35,393 nt of DNA from a virus: the IMG/VR virus record IMGVR_UViG_3300025836_000007, positions 1 through 35,393 of that record, one strand, 5' to 3'. The translations under genes and the position numbers were made by a program. A model generated the notes under the pieces. The model made no database searches, was not told where the DNA came from, and saw only the letters and a list, made by a program, of their open reading frames with translations. Positions 7,383 to 16,613 of this stretch are shown piece by piece; within the stretch, counting starts at the first letter, position 1; each line of letters begins with the position of its first letter.

Positions 7383-7520
7383 TCAGTCCTCCTCGTCGAT
7401 GTCGGGCGTCGGGTCCTGGCTCACGCCGGCCTGATCGCCGTCTTCGGGCTTCACGGAGTTGTCCGTCTGCTCGATGACGAACTCCTCGCCGTCGATGATC
7501 TCGATCGGGGTGTCGGACAT
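7383..7520 (-). CDS. small highly acidic protein (45 aa)
   Basis: AAGGAGG-catcgcc-ATG at 7520. Hand translation: MSDTPIEIIDGEEFVIEQTDNSVKPEDGDQAGVSQDPTPDIDEED. The stop lies 1 nt before the endolysin ATG. Confidence 0.5.
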   Translation of the reverse strand: MSDTPIEIIDGEEFVIEQTDNSVKPEDGDQAGVSQDPTPDIDEED

Positions 7521-7602
7521 GGCGATGCCTCCTTGGTCTGTTGTGTTCATCCTCGGGCCGCTGTCAGCGCCTACGACCCGTCCGCGCCGAATACGACGCC
7601 GC

Positions 7603-9342
7603 CTAGAGCGAAGTCGCTATCCAGTCGACGGGACAAGTCGTCGTCATGTCGGAACGGCGGATGGTAAGGGTGAACCCAGTGGCGCTGATGGCGCGAGCCG
7701 ACACGGATACCGCCACCGGCGCAGAAGTTTCTGGATTGCAGACGACACTCGGCGCAGTGGTGAAGCTACCACCCGGGAAAGTCACCGTGACTGACTTCTC
7801 AACGTTTTGCACGATGCCGGTGACGGTGACTTTCCCGGATGCGAGGCCGACGATGCCGACCAGGGGATACAGGTTCGCCACCGTGACGTCGCCTGCAATG
7901 AGTTGCCCAGCAATCTGCAAGTCTCCGGCGAACGTCGGGCTGACCCCACCTGCGCCGAGGAAAGTAAGACCGTCGAGTCCCCCGTAGACGCTCCCTATGA
8001 GGCCGCCCTCGTAGTAGAAGTCAAGAACCCCCGTTGGCATATCGTCTAGCCCGCCGGGAATACGCTGGGACAACTTGCAATAGTTGCCCAAGGCGGAGTC
8101 TCCCGCGATGATAGTTCCACCCGTGACGGTCCCGCCGACGATGGTCCCGCCTGCGATGGCGGGGCCAGTGATGGCCGCGCCGACGAGCTCCAGCGCCGAC
8201 CCCGTCCAGCGCATGTAGCTGGTCGCGGTGCCGATGGCGAACTTGTAGACGCTGGAGGCCAGCCCCATCCAGAACCCTGTCGCCGTGTCGGTGTAGCTGG
8301 TCTTGCCGCTGGAGATGACCGGGGAAGAGAGGGCGACGAGCGCCTTCACGTAGTCGGCGGTCATGATGAATGCGTTCGGCGTGCTCCACGAGCCGATGAG
8401 CGTGTTGTTGGCAGCGCAGATGGCGCGTGATACCCACAGGCAGTTCGTCACGCCGTCGGACAGCGCCACGGGCGTGCCCGACCAGCCCGAGGGGACGGGG
8501 CCGTTGCCGGTCGGGGCGGAGATGCCCGTGCGTGCGCCTTCCTTGTAGGCCACGGCGATGTAGTTCCCGTTCGTGCCATTCGTGCCGGGAGCGCCGGTGG
8601 TGAGGAAGGCGTCCGACCATGTGGCGCCGTCGTCGCTTGAAGAGCGCAGGAAGTTGTCGTTGACGGTCGGCGTCGTGTGCCACGAGGCAGCGTCCTCGCT
8701 GTACTCGAAGATGACGGGGTGGGCGGGCGGACCCTCCGGGCCGAGGACGCGCACGGCGTCGCCCCACGTCACGCCACCGTCGTTGCTGAAGCGGATGTAG
8801 ACGTCGGCTCCGGTCGGGGTTGTGTACCAGTTCGTGCCGTCCTGCGAATACTCGATCTGCTCCAGCGGCGCCGGAGTCCCCGCCGGCCCCGGATCTCCGG
8901 TGAGCGGCACCGGCAGCGACCAGGAGCCGACGACGACGCCTTGCGGATTCTTCGTCGCCTCGCTCATCCACAGCGCGGTGGTCCCGGCAGGCGGCGAGCC
9001 ATACCACGGCGGCGACGCGGGAATGTTGCCGGTCGGGGTCGCAGGCTGCGTCGCGCCACGCGCGAACGTGTAGTCGACGTAGTAGCCCCATGGCGTCGTG
9101 TCGGTGGTCATGAGCGTCGCGATCGCCCACAGGTCGCGGCCATCGGTGGCGAGCCACACCGCGAGGCCGGGGACGGGCATGACGCCGGTCGCGTAGCGGA
9201 CACCGGAGATGGGCACGGTCGAGCCCGCGATGGTGACGGTGAGCGTGCACTGGTCCGCCTCCACGGACACGATGCTGCCCTGCCGGAATCGCAGAGGGTT
9301 GTCTGTGGGAGCGAACCGCGCTGCGAGGTTTCCGAGGTCCAT
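7603..9342 (-). CDS. tail fibre / receptor-binding minor tail protein with Asp-box (BNR-like) repeats
   Basis: The ATG at 9342 overlaps the upstream TGA (TGATG). It contains SQDGTNW, SNDGGVTW, SEDAASW and SDDGATW, plus Gly-rich stretches (GPAIAGGTIVGGTVTGGTIIAG). It is last in the tail module. The Arg-rich 5' part of track ORF 7603..10056 was discarded. Confidence 0.7.
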   Translation of the reverse strand: MDLGNLAARFAPTDNPLRFRQGSIVSVEADQCTLTVTIAGSTVPISGVRYATGVMPVPGLAVWLATDGRDLWAIATLMTTDTTPWGYYVDYTFARGATQPATPTGNIPASPPWYGSPPAGTTALWMSEATKNPQGVVVGSWSLPVPLTGDPGPAGTPAPLEQIEYSQDGTNWYTTPTGADVYIRFSNDGGVTWGDAVRVLGPEGPPAHPVIFEYSEDAASWHTTPTVNDNFLRSSSDDGATWSDAFLTTGAPGTNGTNGNYIAVAYKEGARTGISAPTGNGPVPSGWSGTPVALSDGVTNCLWVSRAICAANNTLIGSWSTPNAFIMTADYVKALVALSSPVISSGKTSYTDTATGFWMGLASSVYKFAIGTATSYMRWTGSALELVGAAITGPAIAGGTIVGGTVTGGTIIAGDSALGNYCKLSQRIPGGLDDMPTGVLDFYYEGGLIGSVYGGLDGLTFLGAGGVSPTFAGDLQIAGQLIAGDVTVANLYPLVGIVGLASGKVTVTGIVQNVEKSVTVTFPGGSFTTAPSVVCNPETSAPVAVSVSARAISATGFTLTIRRSDMTTTCPVDWIATSL

Positions 9343-10430
9343 CAGATCACCGCTGTCTTCCTGGCCGTCACGGGCATGTTCGCGCTGTCGAGCGGGACGG
9401 TGAGCAAGTCGAGCATGTAGCGGGTGTGCGTCCCGTCGATCGCGACGAAGTCGAGGACATCGAACGCCTCCAGCGCCGGGTTCGGGACCATCTCCCACGC
9501 CCTTTGCTCGGTGCGTCCCTTGATGCGCGCGTAGACCGTCTGTGCCGCGCTGTCGACCTCGCCTTGCGTGACGAGCAGCGGCGACGAGTAGTAGTAGGGG
9601 ACCTGCCCGAGCGGCCCGTAGCGGTACGTCGGCGAGGTCGGATCCTCGTCCCAGCACTCGCCCCGGACCGGGACATCGACGCCGCTGCCCTCTGCAGTCG
9701 CGATCACGCCGTTGTAGAGCTGCGAGAGCAGCGCCACGCGCTTGCCCGTGACGATGACGCCACTGTCGCCGTCGGAGTACGTCATGCAGGGGTCGGCCGT
9801 CGCGGGGTCGGGCACGGGCCGCAGCTTCGCCACTCCGTCTCCGTCGAAGTAGAGGTCGAGACCGGCCGTGGCCGCGAGCGCGCGCGCGTCCTTCCACGGG
9901 TCGGAGCCGCTGCCGTCCTGGAACAGCGCGGGGGAGCCGAGCAGCTTCCCCGTCTGTCCGAACCCGATCGGGCACGCGGGCCAGCACGTCCGCAGGATCC
10001 CGGTGATCGCGTCGCCCACGTCGGTGCCGGCAGCGACGGCGTACGGGTCGATCCACCCGGCGCGGCTGATGCGCTTGCTCCGGTCGGCCGCGCTGATGGT
10101 GACCGACCCGGACATCCCCTCTTCGGGGTCGGCGTCGAGCACGAACACGCCCAGGGACGCGAGCTCGTCACCGCCGGGAAGCGTCAGTCCGCGCCACGCC
10201 TGTATCTCGGCACCGGCGGCGGTGATCCACTCCCACACGTCCGGATCCGGTGCACAGGTAAGCGACAGCGACCGCAGCACGCCGTCGCTCGTCCCATCCA
10301 TCGTCACGGAGCCGCCCGTGACGAGCAGGTCGCCGAGAATGTCGTCGCCCAGGAGCACGGACGCCTTGATGACGGCTGTCTGGCAGCTTGCCGAGACGGC
10401 GTCCCGGAACGCGTCGGAGACGGGGTACAC
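9342..10430 (-). CDS. minor tail protein (Tal-like, tail-tip associated)
   Basis: GTG at 10430, 1 nt after the upstream TAG, with GGAG 8 nt upstream. Synteny places it after a Dit-like gene. 362 aa. Confidence 0.55.
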   Translation of the reverse strand: MYPVSDAFRDAVSASCQTAVIKASVLLGDDILGDLLVTGGSVTMDGTSDGVLRSLSLTCAPDPDVWEWITAAGAEIQAWRGLTLPGGDELASLGVFVLDADPEEGMSGSVTISAADRSKRISRAGWIDPYAVAAGTDVGDAITGILRTCWPACPIGFGQTGKLLGSPALFQDGSGSDPWKDARALAATAGLDLYFDGDGVAKLRPVPDPATADPCMTYSDGDSGVIVTGKRVALLSQLYNGVIATAEGSGVDVPVRGECWDEDPTSPTYRYGPLGQVPYYYSSPLLVTQGEVDSAAQTVYARIKGRTEQRAWEMVPNPALEAFDVLDFVAIDGTHTRYMLDLLTVPLDSANMPVTARKTAVI

Positions 10431-10431
10431 G

Positions 10432-12045
10432 CTACGGCTCCGAGACTTCGCGGTAGGCGATGTGCACGCGCCGGCGCGCGTCTCCGGGCGTCCCGATCTC
10501 GACCCACGTGCGCGGCACGTTGATGCGGATCCATCTTCCCCAGCCGAAGGGGGACTCGAGGAACAACGCGCCGCGTGTGCGCATGAGCGCCTGCAGCAGC
10601 GTCCACTCCGCTTCCGTCCGCGTCTGCATGTCGAACCCGCCGTCGATTCCATGCAGCGCCATGCTCACGATGACCGGATAGGTGCGGCCGACGACGTTGA
10701 ACTCGGCGACGTCCTCGGTCTGCGTGAACTCCGGGTCCTTCGCAATGAGCGCGCCGAGCATGTTCATGGCGGGAGCGTCGGGCACCTTCAGGTTCCAGCC
10801 GGCGGCGGCGAGCGTTCCAGAGACGGCGGAGGAGGCCCACACGGTGGCGAGCTGCTGGGAGGAGACCGTGGCGACGACCTGTGCCCGGTAGGTGAGCGCG
10901 ACTCCTCGCGGCGCGGTGTAGTCGTAGATCACGACCGGCGTCCCGAACGCACCCGGCACAGAGGCGGCCCCGTGCACGGCACGCCACGTCGCCCCGCCGT
11001 CGGATGTGCGCTGCAGGCTCACGAGAGGGCCGCTGGCGCCACTGCTCGCGTTCGGGGTCACAGTGACTGCCACGCGCTGGTTCGCGTCGTCCTTGACCGC
11101 TGAGATGCTCGGAGCCGTCGGGGGCGCGATGGCGACGGTGAAGGCCAGCGACGTCCACGCGCCGGGGAGCGCGGCGGCGAAGGTCCTCGTGGCGCGCACG
11201 TAGACGTAGTAGGAGCCGTTCGCGATCACGGCATCACACGCGACCGAGGGCGCGACCGTCGAGGGGGTTGTGCCATCGTCGTAGTCCAGCGGCGCGGTCC
11301 CGCCAGCGGACCAGTACGGGGCCGTGACCGCCGCGTCGAATCCGCCGGCCGCGACCTGGGCCGCGGTAAACACCTTCAGCTCGTAGACGCAGTCCGTCGT
11401 CGTCGCGGCGCCGACGTTGTCCTGCCAGGCCTCGATGAGCGCGGAGACGTCGACGTCGAAGGTCGGGAAGCTCGTCGTGGAGATCGGCGAGGACGGTGTC
11501 GTGGCCACGGACGCGGTCGGTCGCGCGGCGTAGTAGACGTCGGCGGACAACTCGGAGATGTAGTCACGGTTCGAGTCGGTGTACGCGTGCCCGTCGTCGA
11601 CCGCGATGCCGAGGAGCCCGGCGGCCGCGGCTGCGACCCAGCCTGTCCCGATCGGCGCGAGAGCGGCCCCGGCCGAAGCGTCGGCGGCGACATTGACGAA
11701 ACTGCCGTGCACGCCGGGGAAGCCGACCTTCGGCCCCGCACAGTAGATGCCGCCGGCCTTGAAGCCGTACAGGTTCAGCGACAGTATCTTCGGCGCGGTC
11801 CCCGTCGGCTGCTTGACGCGGGCACACGGGACGATGGTGGCGACGTCGGAGCCCGCTGGGACGGAGGGAGCGGCGAGGTGGAAGTAGATGCCGGGACTGC
11901 CCGCGGACTTGCGCCGGAGGTAGGTGGCGTCCGAGCCGTCGTGCATGACCGCTCCAGCACCGCCGCCGCCGCCCGACCCCACGGCCTCGAAACGGCTGGT
12001 GCGCGTGCTGTCCCACGTCGTGGGGACGATCGTCGTCTTCGGCAT
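10432..12045 (-). CDS. minor tail protein (distal tail protein-like C-terminus with a long N-terminal extension)
   Basis: Lies immediately downstream of the tape measure. ATG at 12045 (MPKTTIV), with an alternative start at 12063. C-terminal ...YPVIVSMALHGIDGGFDMQTRTEAEWTLLQALM...LFLESPFG resembles siphovirus tail (Dit) proteins. Confidence 0.5.
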   Translation of the reverse strand: MPKTTIVPTTWDSTRTSRFEAVGSGGGGGAGAVMHDGSDATYLRRKSAGSPGIYFHLAAPSVPAGSDVATIVPCARVKQPTGTAPKILSLNLYGFKAGGIYCAGPKVGFPGVHGSFVNVAADASAGAALAPIGTGWVAAAAAGLLGIAVDDGHAYTDSNRDYISELSADVYYAARPTASVATTPSSPISTTSFPTFDVDVSALIEAWQDNVGAATTTDCVYELKVFTAAQVAAGGFDAAVTAPYWSAGGTAPLDYDDGTTPSTVAPSVACDAVIANGSYYVYVRATRTFAAALPGAWTSLAFTVAIAPPTAPSISAVKDDANQRVAVTVTPNASSGASGPLVSLQRTSDGGATWRAVHGAASVPGAFGTPVVIYDYTAPRGVALTYRAQVVATVSSQQLATVWASSAVSGTLAAAGWNLKVPDAPAMNMLGALIAKDPEFTQTEDVAEFNVVGRTYPVIVSMALHGIDGGFDMQTRTEAEWTLLQALMRTRGALFLESPFGWGRWIRINVPRTWVEIGTPGDARRRVHIAYREVSEP

Positions 12046-12049
12046 GGTG

Positions 12050-13993
12050 CTATCGCCTCGCAACCTGGTCGGCGAGCTGCTTCAGGCCGTCCCTGACGAT
12101 CGCCTTGACCTCTTCCACGGTCGCGGACGTTCCGCCGGGGAAGCTGAGCTGCACGGCACCCTCCGCGATGACGACTGAGCGGGACGAGTGCGACGACGCA
12201 CCGCCGCCGTAGGAGCCGCCACCCGCGGGCGCGAACGCGAACGAGGGTGCCACGAGCGATGAGAGGCCCGACTCCAGCATGAGTTGCATCGCGCGGACGC
12301 GGTCGTTGAGCGGGATGACGACTTCGGGACCGGCCTCGCCGACGATCGCGGATGTCGCACGCCTGATGATCCCGCCGGCGGCGAGCAGTATCTGCGTGCC
12401 GGGGATGCGCACCGCGGCATGGGGGGTCTGGCGCAAGCGCGCATTCGCCTTCTCGACCGCACGCACGAGCTTGTCGTACTGCACGGCGGCGGCGCCCGCG
12501 GCGGCGCCCGCGTCCCTGACGGAATCCCTGGCGACCTTCGAGGAGTCCTTCGACTTCTTCTCGGCCTCCGTGAGGTTCAGTCTCGCGAGGCGCGCCTCGT
12601 TGCTGTTCTTGCCGTACGTGTGCACCGCATCAGCGACCGCCTTCGTTGCGGCCTTGAGCGCGATCTTGTCCTGGAGCGCGGTCTGTTCAGCGGTCTGGCT
12701 CCTGGTCAGGTAGTTGACCTGATAGATGAGCTCGTCGGTGTAGCCTTTGGTCTCCGCTGCGACTTCGGCGGTGGTCGTGGCGAGGTCGCCCATGACGGCA
12801 CCGAGCGTTCCGGCTACGGTTCCCGCACCGGCTGCGTCCGAGGTCCACGTCTCTATCCAGTACGCCGCGGTCGAGATGGGAGCGAGGAACTGTTCCCAGC
12901 CGGTCGGCGGGTCGAGTTCCCCGGCCTTCACCCTCTGCGCATAGTCCTGCGCGGCGGGCGCGAGTTCGGCGTATTTGCTCGCGAGGATGCCGACCCCGGC
13001 AGCCACGGAGAGCAGCGGGATCGCGAGCGGCCCAAGTGCTGCCCATAGCGTTGTGACGGCCGCGGACAGCCCCCCGACCGCGTACGCGGCCGCGACCGCG
13101 CCTATGGCGGTGCCTCCGAACGACACGGACAGCGCGACCGCAGAGGTGGTGGCGGCGCTGGCGACCATGCCGAGCGTCAGGAGGAATCCGACGAGAAGCA
13201 GCACGCCCGCCGAGACTGCGGCGCCAATGACGATGAACTGCTTCATGCCGGGACTGAGTTGCGAGAACCACCCCACAACGGCGCTGAGCGCCTGGATGAG
13301 TTGCATCTTGATAGGGAGCACCATGAGGCCGACCTGTACCTCGAGTCCCAGCGACGCCTGCGTGGTGTCCTTCAGCGCCTCGTTGTACGCCTCGCACGCG
13401 TCGATCGCATCCTGGCTGAGTATCAACCCTGCCTTGCGAGCCGTTTCGCCGATCCTATAGATCGCCGCACCACCCTCCGACAGCGGGTCGAGCAGCGCCA
13501 TGTAGCCCTTGCCGAGCACCTTCGCGGCAAGGGCGTTAGCGGTCGCCTTGTCGGTGGCCGTCGAGTAGTAGGTGGCGACGTCCGCGAGCACAGCGGTGGT
13601 CGTGCGGTTCGCGCCGTTCGCGTCCTGCGTGGCGATCCCAACGTCGGTGAGCGCCTTGTTGTGGGTCACGATGGCGTTGGACAGCGACTTGATGACCATG
13701 CCCGCCGACTTGCCGGACACGCCGTAGCGGTCGAGTATCGCGGCCCACTTCGAGGACTCCGCCGCGCCCAGCCCGGTGAGGCGCTGAACGTCTATGACCT
13801 TCTCGCCCCACCCAGCGGCGGCGTCCCCTGCGGCGTTCAGCCCCGCGACGATCACGGCACCGGCGACCATCATCCCCGCGCCCATCGCGGCCATGTCCTT
13901 GGCGGACTTCTGGCGTATCTCCGCCGCCTTCTTGGTGACCTTGTCCCACTCCTCGACGTTCGCCTTGCCCCAGATGTTGATGTTCGCAGGCAT
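12050..13993 (-). CDS. tail tape measure protein
   Basis: 647 aa, Ala/Gly-rich, with a central block of hydrophobic helices (FIVIGAAVSAGVLLLVGFLLTLGMVASAA...). N-terminal TP901-type core pattern. Positioned after the chaperone genes. Confidence 0.85.
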   Translation of the reverse strand: MPANINIWGKANVEEWDKVTKKAAEIRQKSAKDMAAMGAGMMVAGAVIVAGLNAAGDAAAGWGEKVIDVQRLTGLGAAESSKWAAILDRYGVSGKSAGMVIKSLSNAIVTHNKALTDVGIATQDANGANRTTTAVLADVATYYSTATDKATANALAAKVLGKGYMALLDPLSEGGAAIYRIGETARKAGLILSQDAIDACEAYNEALKDTTQASLGLEVQVGLMVLPIKMQLIQALSAVVGWFSQLSPGMKQFIVIGAAVSAGVLLLVGFLLTLGMVASAATTSAVALSVSFGGTAIGAVAAAYAVGGLSAAVTTLWAALGPLAIPLLSVAAGVGILASKYAELAPAAQDYAQRVKAGELDPPTGWEQFLAPISTAAYWIETWTSDAAGAGTVAGTLGAVMGDLATTTAEVAAETKGYTDELIYQVNYLTRSQTAEQTALQDKIALKAATKAVADAVHTYGKNSNEARLARLNLTEAEKKSKDSSKVARDSVRDAGAAAGAAAVQYDKLVRAVEKANARLRQTPHAAVRIPGTQILLAAGGIIRRATSAIVGEAGPEVVIPLNDRVRAMQLMLESGLSSLVAPSFAFAPAGGGSYGGGASSHSSRSVVIAEGAVQLSFPGGTSATVEEVKAIVRDGLKQLADQVARR

Positions 13994-13995
13994 GG

Positions 13996-14484
13996 CTACT
14001 CACCACACCCGGCGGCGTTGAGCTGCGTCTGGAGATCGCGCTCGACTTCGGCGGCGGCGGTGCGGACCTGGCTGCGATAGCCGATGCGGCCCTCGCGCCA
14101 CGCCTGGTTCAGGAAGCGGCCCTTCGTGCCGTAGCGGGCATTGAGCGTGGCGAGGCACGACTGAGACTGCAACGTGTTCGCGGACTTCGAGCCAAAGGAT
14201 TCGAGGACGGCGGTCAGCACACCGCGATCGCTGCCCCAATCGTTGCGACTGGTGCGCGCACCGCTACCGCCAGATGCTTGGACGATGAGCCCCTTCGTGT
14301 TCAGCCGCACGGTGTACGAGCCGCCGCCGGGGAACTTGGCAGAGGCCGCCTGCGCGAGCTGGGTGCCGATACCGCGCAGCTTCTTGTTCAGGAGGCGAGC
14401 CGCCCGGGGGGACTCGGCCTTGAGGACCTTGCGCATGTCGTCGAAGCCACTCTCGGAGAACTCAAGGACCAACACTTCGCTCAT
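13996..14484 (-). CDS. virion-associated hypothetical protein (possible HK97 gp10-like tail component)
   Basis: The ATG at 14484 overlaps the stop of the frameshift-extended chaperone frame (ATGA). The pattern ...AARLLNKKLRGIGTQLAQAASAKFPGGGSY... is weakly gp10-like. Confidence 0.4.
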   Translation of the reverse strand: MSEVLVLEFSESGFDDMRKVLKAESPRAARLLNKKLRGIGTQLAQAASAKFPGGGSYTVRLNTKGLIVQASGGSGARTSRNDWGSDRGVLTAVLESFGSKSANTLQSQSCLATLNARYGTKGRFLNQAWREGRIGYRSQVRTAAAEVERDLQTQLNAAGCGE

Positions 14485-14929
14485 GATCCCGTCATCGCCT
14501 TCAGCTTCGCCGCCAGTTCCTCTTGTCGCGCCTGGTGCACTCGCTCCTCGAGCCGCTCTCTCACCGCCTCGAACACCCACGGGTCACACCGCTCGAAGTC
14601 GAGTCCAAAGCCGGCGCCGAGTGCCACGTCCGCTATGCGGTAGGCGGCGCCGGGGATTCCCCCTCGGCGTCCTCGTGGGCCATGCCGGGGTCGGCGAGCG
14701 TCTCGACCCACGTCTCGAAGCCGACGTTGACCACGTCGCCCTGACGCTTGAGCGCGCAGAAGATCATGTAGGCGACGTACTCCACCGACCTCGGGTCGGT
14801 GCCCATCGCGTCTGTCGGGATCGCGAACTGGCGCGCGGCCTTGATCTGCTCCGAAACGCCGACGACCCACGGAAGCTCGATGCCGTCGTAGAGCACGGCC
14901 GTTCCGCGCATTGTTCCTGCTGATGCCAT
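14481..14929 (-). CDS. tail assembly chaperone, programmed -1 frameshift-extended form (GT-like)
   Basis: The -1 frame is open from the GGGGGAA run (14663..14657) to the stop at 14481. That stop is ATGA-coupled to the next gene. A possible 8-bp stem CCGGCGCC/GGCGCCGG lies just downstream. Confidence 0.55.
14633..14929 (-). CDS. tail assembly chaperone (G-like, zero-frame product)
   Basis: 98 aa, acidic C-terminus, lying between the major tail protein and the tape measure. AAGGGG upstream of the ATG. Confidence 0.65.
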   Translation of the reverse strand: MASAGTMRGTAVLYDGIELPWVVGVSEQIKAARQFAIPTDAMGTDPRSVEYVAYMIFCALKRQGDVVNVGFETWVETLADPGMAHEDAEGESPAPPTA

Positions 14930-14951
14930 GACGCTGCCCCTTACTCTCGGC

Positions 14952-15941
14952 CTAATAGGTCGCTACGTCGTTCGTGAGAACCGGGATGAGCGGAGCCACG
15001 CCCGAGGACGGCATGACGGCCTCTCCGGCGAGCGCGATCTCCGCGTTGCCGCCCTTGGGGTCGACGTCCGGGCGCTCGGCCAGGAACGCGACCTTGCTGC
15101 CCGTCCACACGAGCCCACCGGCCGTGGATCCGTTGTCCTTGAAGCCGATGCTGAGCGAGCCGTACTGCGCCTTCGGAGACACCGCCGTGCCGTTCGCGGT
15201 GCCAGTGACGACCTGCATCCAGTACGCGAGGTCGTCCGGGATCACGGTCAGCTTGCAGGTCGCTACCATCAGGTTGTGCGCACCGGGATCGTCGGCCTCG
15301 ACCTGGCCGGACGCGAACACGGGAGTGGTGCCGAAGGCGATGTCGATCTCGCCCCCGGTGATGCGTGCGGTGGCGGGGGTGGCTCCGACCATCGCGACCT
15401 GGAACACACCGCCGACCGGAGTGAGGAACGACTCGGAGCCGGTCTCGCTCGTAGTCGGGACGAACGTCGTCGGGAACGAGAGCACGGTGCCGGTGCCGGT
15501 CGGCGTGATGATGACCGGCTCGTTGCCCGTCCACTTCATGTTCAGGCCGGTCACCTTCACGTCGCGCAGGGCGCGCAGGAGGCTGTTGTAGCTCTCGAAC
15601 GCGCTCAAGTACGGCTGCGAGGCCGCGAGCCCGAACGTGTGCACGAACGACGGCGTCGTGCCGGTGACGGTGTCGGCGCCGTAGAGCCCGAGCAGGATGA
15701 GCCCGAGCATCTTCATGTACGCGCGAGAGTCGAAGCCCATGGCCCCGCCGACCTCGGTACGGTCGACGTTGCTCGACGCGAGGCTCCCGGACGTGGTCTC
15801 CGCGGCGCCCTGCTTGATGCCGGTAGCGATGATCTTGCCGCCCGTGACGCCGAAGCCGAACGTGGGATTGGTCGCGAGCGATCCCTTGGCCGTCTGCTTG
15901 GCGAGCCCGGCGAGTACGAGCGCCTTGTTGAGCGGTGACAT
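14952..15941 (-). CDS. major tail protein
   Basis: 329 aa, Thr/Gly/Val-rich and beta-rich, lying immediately upstream of the chaperone pair. Called on synteny. Confidence 0.6.
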   Translation of the reverse strand: MSPLNKALVLAGLAKQTAKGSLATNPTFGFGVTGGKIIATGIKQGAAETTSGSLASSNVDRTEVGGAMGFDSRAYMKMLGLILLGLYGADTVTGTTPSFVHTFGLAASQPYLSAFESYNSLLRALRDVKVTGLNMKWTGNEPVIITPTGTGTVLSFPTTFVPTTSETGSESFLTPVGGVFQVAMVGATPATARITGGEIDIAFGTTPVFASGQVEADDPGAHNLMVATCKLTVIPDDLAYWMQVVTGTANGTAVSPKAQYGSLSIGFKDNGSTAGGLVWTGSKVAFLAERPDVDPKGGNAEIALAGEAVMPSSGVAPLIPVLTNDVATY

Positions 15942-15943
15942 GG

Positions 15944-16150
15944 CTACCCCTTCTTCGACTTCGGAGCCTTGGGCGTCTCGTCCACAGGCGTCTCGTCCAC
16001 CGCGACGGCGAGGCCGGACCGGATGAGCGTGCCGAGCACCGCGGCGTCGACGTCGCTCTCCTCGACCTCGCCGGCGACGACGTCAGCGACGACCGGACCT
16101 GCGTTGGTCCAGACCTCGACGTGGGCGTCTTGTGCAATCGCGTATCTCAT
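15944..16150 (-). CDS. hypothetical virion-module protein (68 aa)
   Basis: Track ORF, tightly packed between a neck gene and the major tail gene. Confidence 0.45.
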   Translation of the reverse strand: MRYAIAQDAHVEVWTNAGPVVADVVAGEVEESDVDAAVLGTLIRSGLAVAVDETPVDETPKAPKSKKG

Positions 16151-16171
16151 GACTTCACTCTGCCTTCCGTG

Positions 16172-16612
16172 TCAGCCGACGAATGCGGAGCACCCGACGT
16201 CGATGGTCAGCGCCGCGTCGCGGCTCCGGGCCTCGGCGTCGGCGATGCCCGAGTCGAACTCGGTACCGGTGATGACTGCCTGCATGACGACGGCGCCCAG
16301 GGAAGGAGCGGCGGTGAGCGCGGCTTCGATGGCGACCTTGGCGGCGTCGATCTCGTCGCGGATCTCGAGCGCGGTCGCGCCGGTCTTCTTCGCGTAGAGC
16401 CAGATGTGCAGCGTGAACTTCTCGTCGTAACAGACGAGCCCGGACGTGACCTCGGTGCGCTCGGTGATGACCTGCTCGTCGACCCAGCACTCGAGCTCGC
16501 TGCGATCGAGCGGGACGCCGTAGTCGACGTGCCACGCCGCGAGTGCGGGCAGCGCCTTCAGCAGCGCCGTGAGCGCGTCCTGCGCGGGGAACGAGCGGTC
16601 GCCGGTCGGCAT
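16172..16612 (-). CDS. neck / tail-terminator-like protein
   Basis: 146 aa. Its position between the connector and tail genes is typical of tail completion proteins. No motif-level support. Confidence 0.4.
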   Translation of the reverse strand: MPTGDRSFPAQDALTALLKALPALAAWHVDYGVPLDRSELECWVDEQVITERTEVTSGLVCYDEKFTLHIWLYAKKTGATALEIRDEIDAAKVAIEAALTAAPSLGAVVMQAVITGTEFDSGIADAEARSRDAALTIDVGCSAFVG

Positions 16613-16613
16613 G

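Noticed and set aside
7603-9342. A diversity-generating retroelement targeting the tail fibre
   Set aside because: There is no reverse transcriptase gene anywhere in the genome. I could not find a template/variable repeat pair near the fibre 3' end.
14941-16137. A 398-aa same-strand out-of-frame ORF over the major tail gene, and similar ones (8021..9250, 10304..11158, 17744..18703, 6682..7323, 12687..13397)
   Set aside because: Their products are extremely Arg/Pro/His-rich. They overlap better-supported frames in which the third codon position is G/C-dominated.
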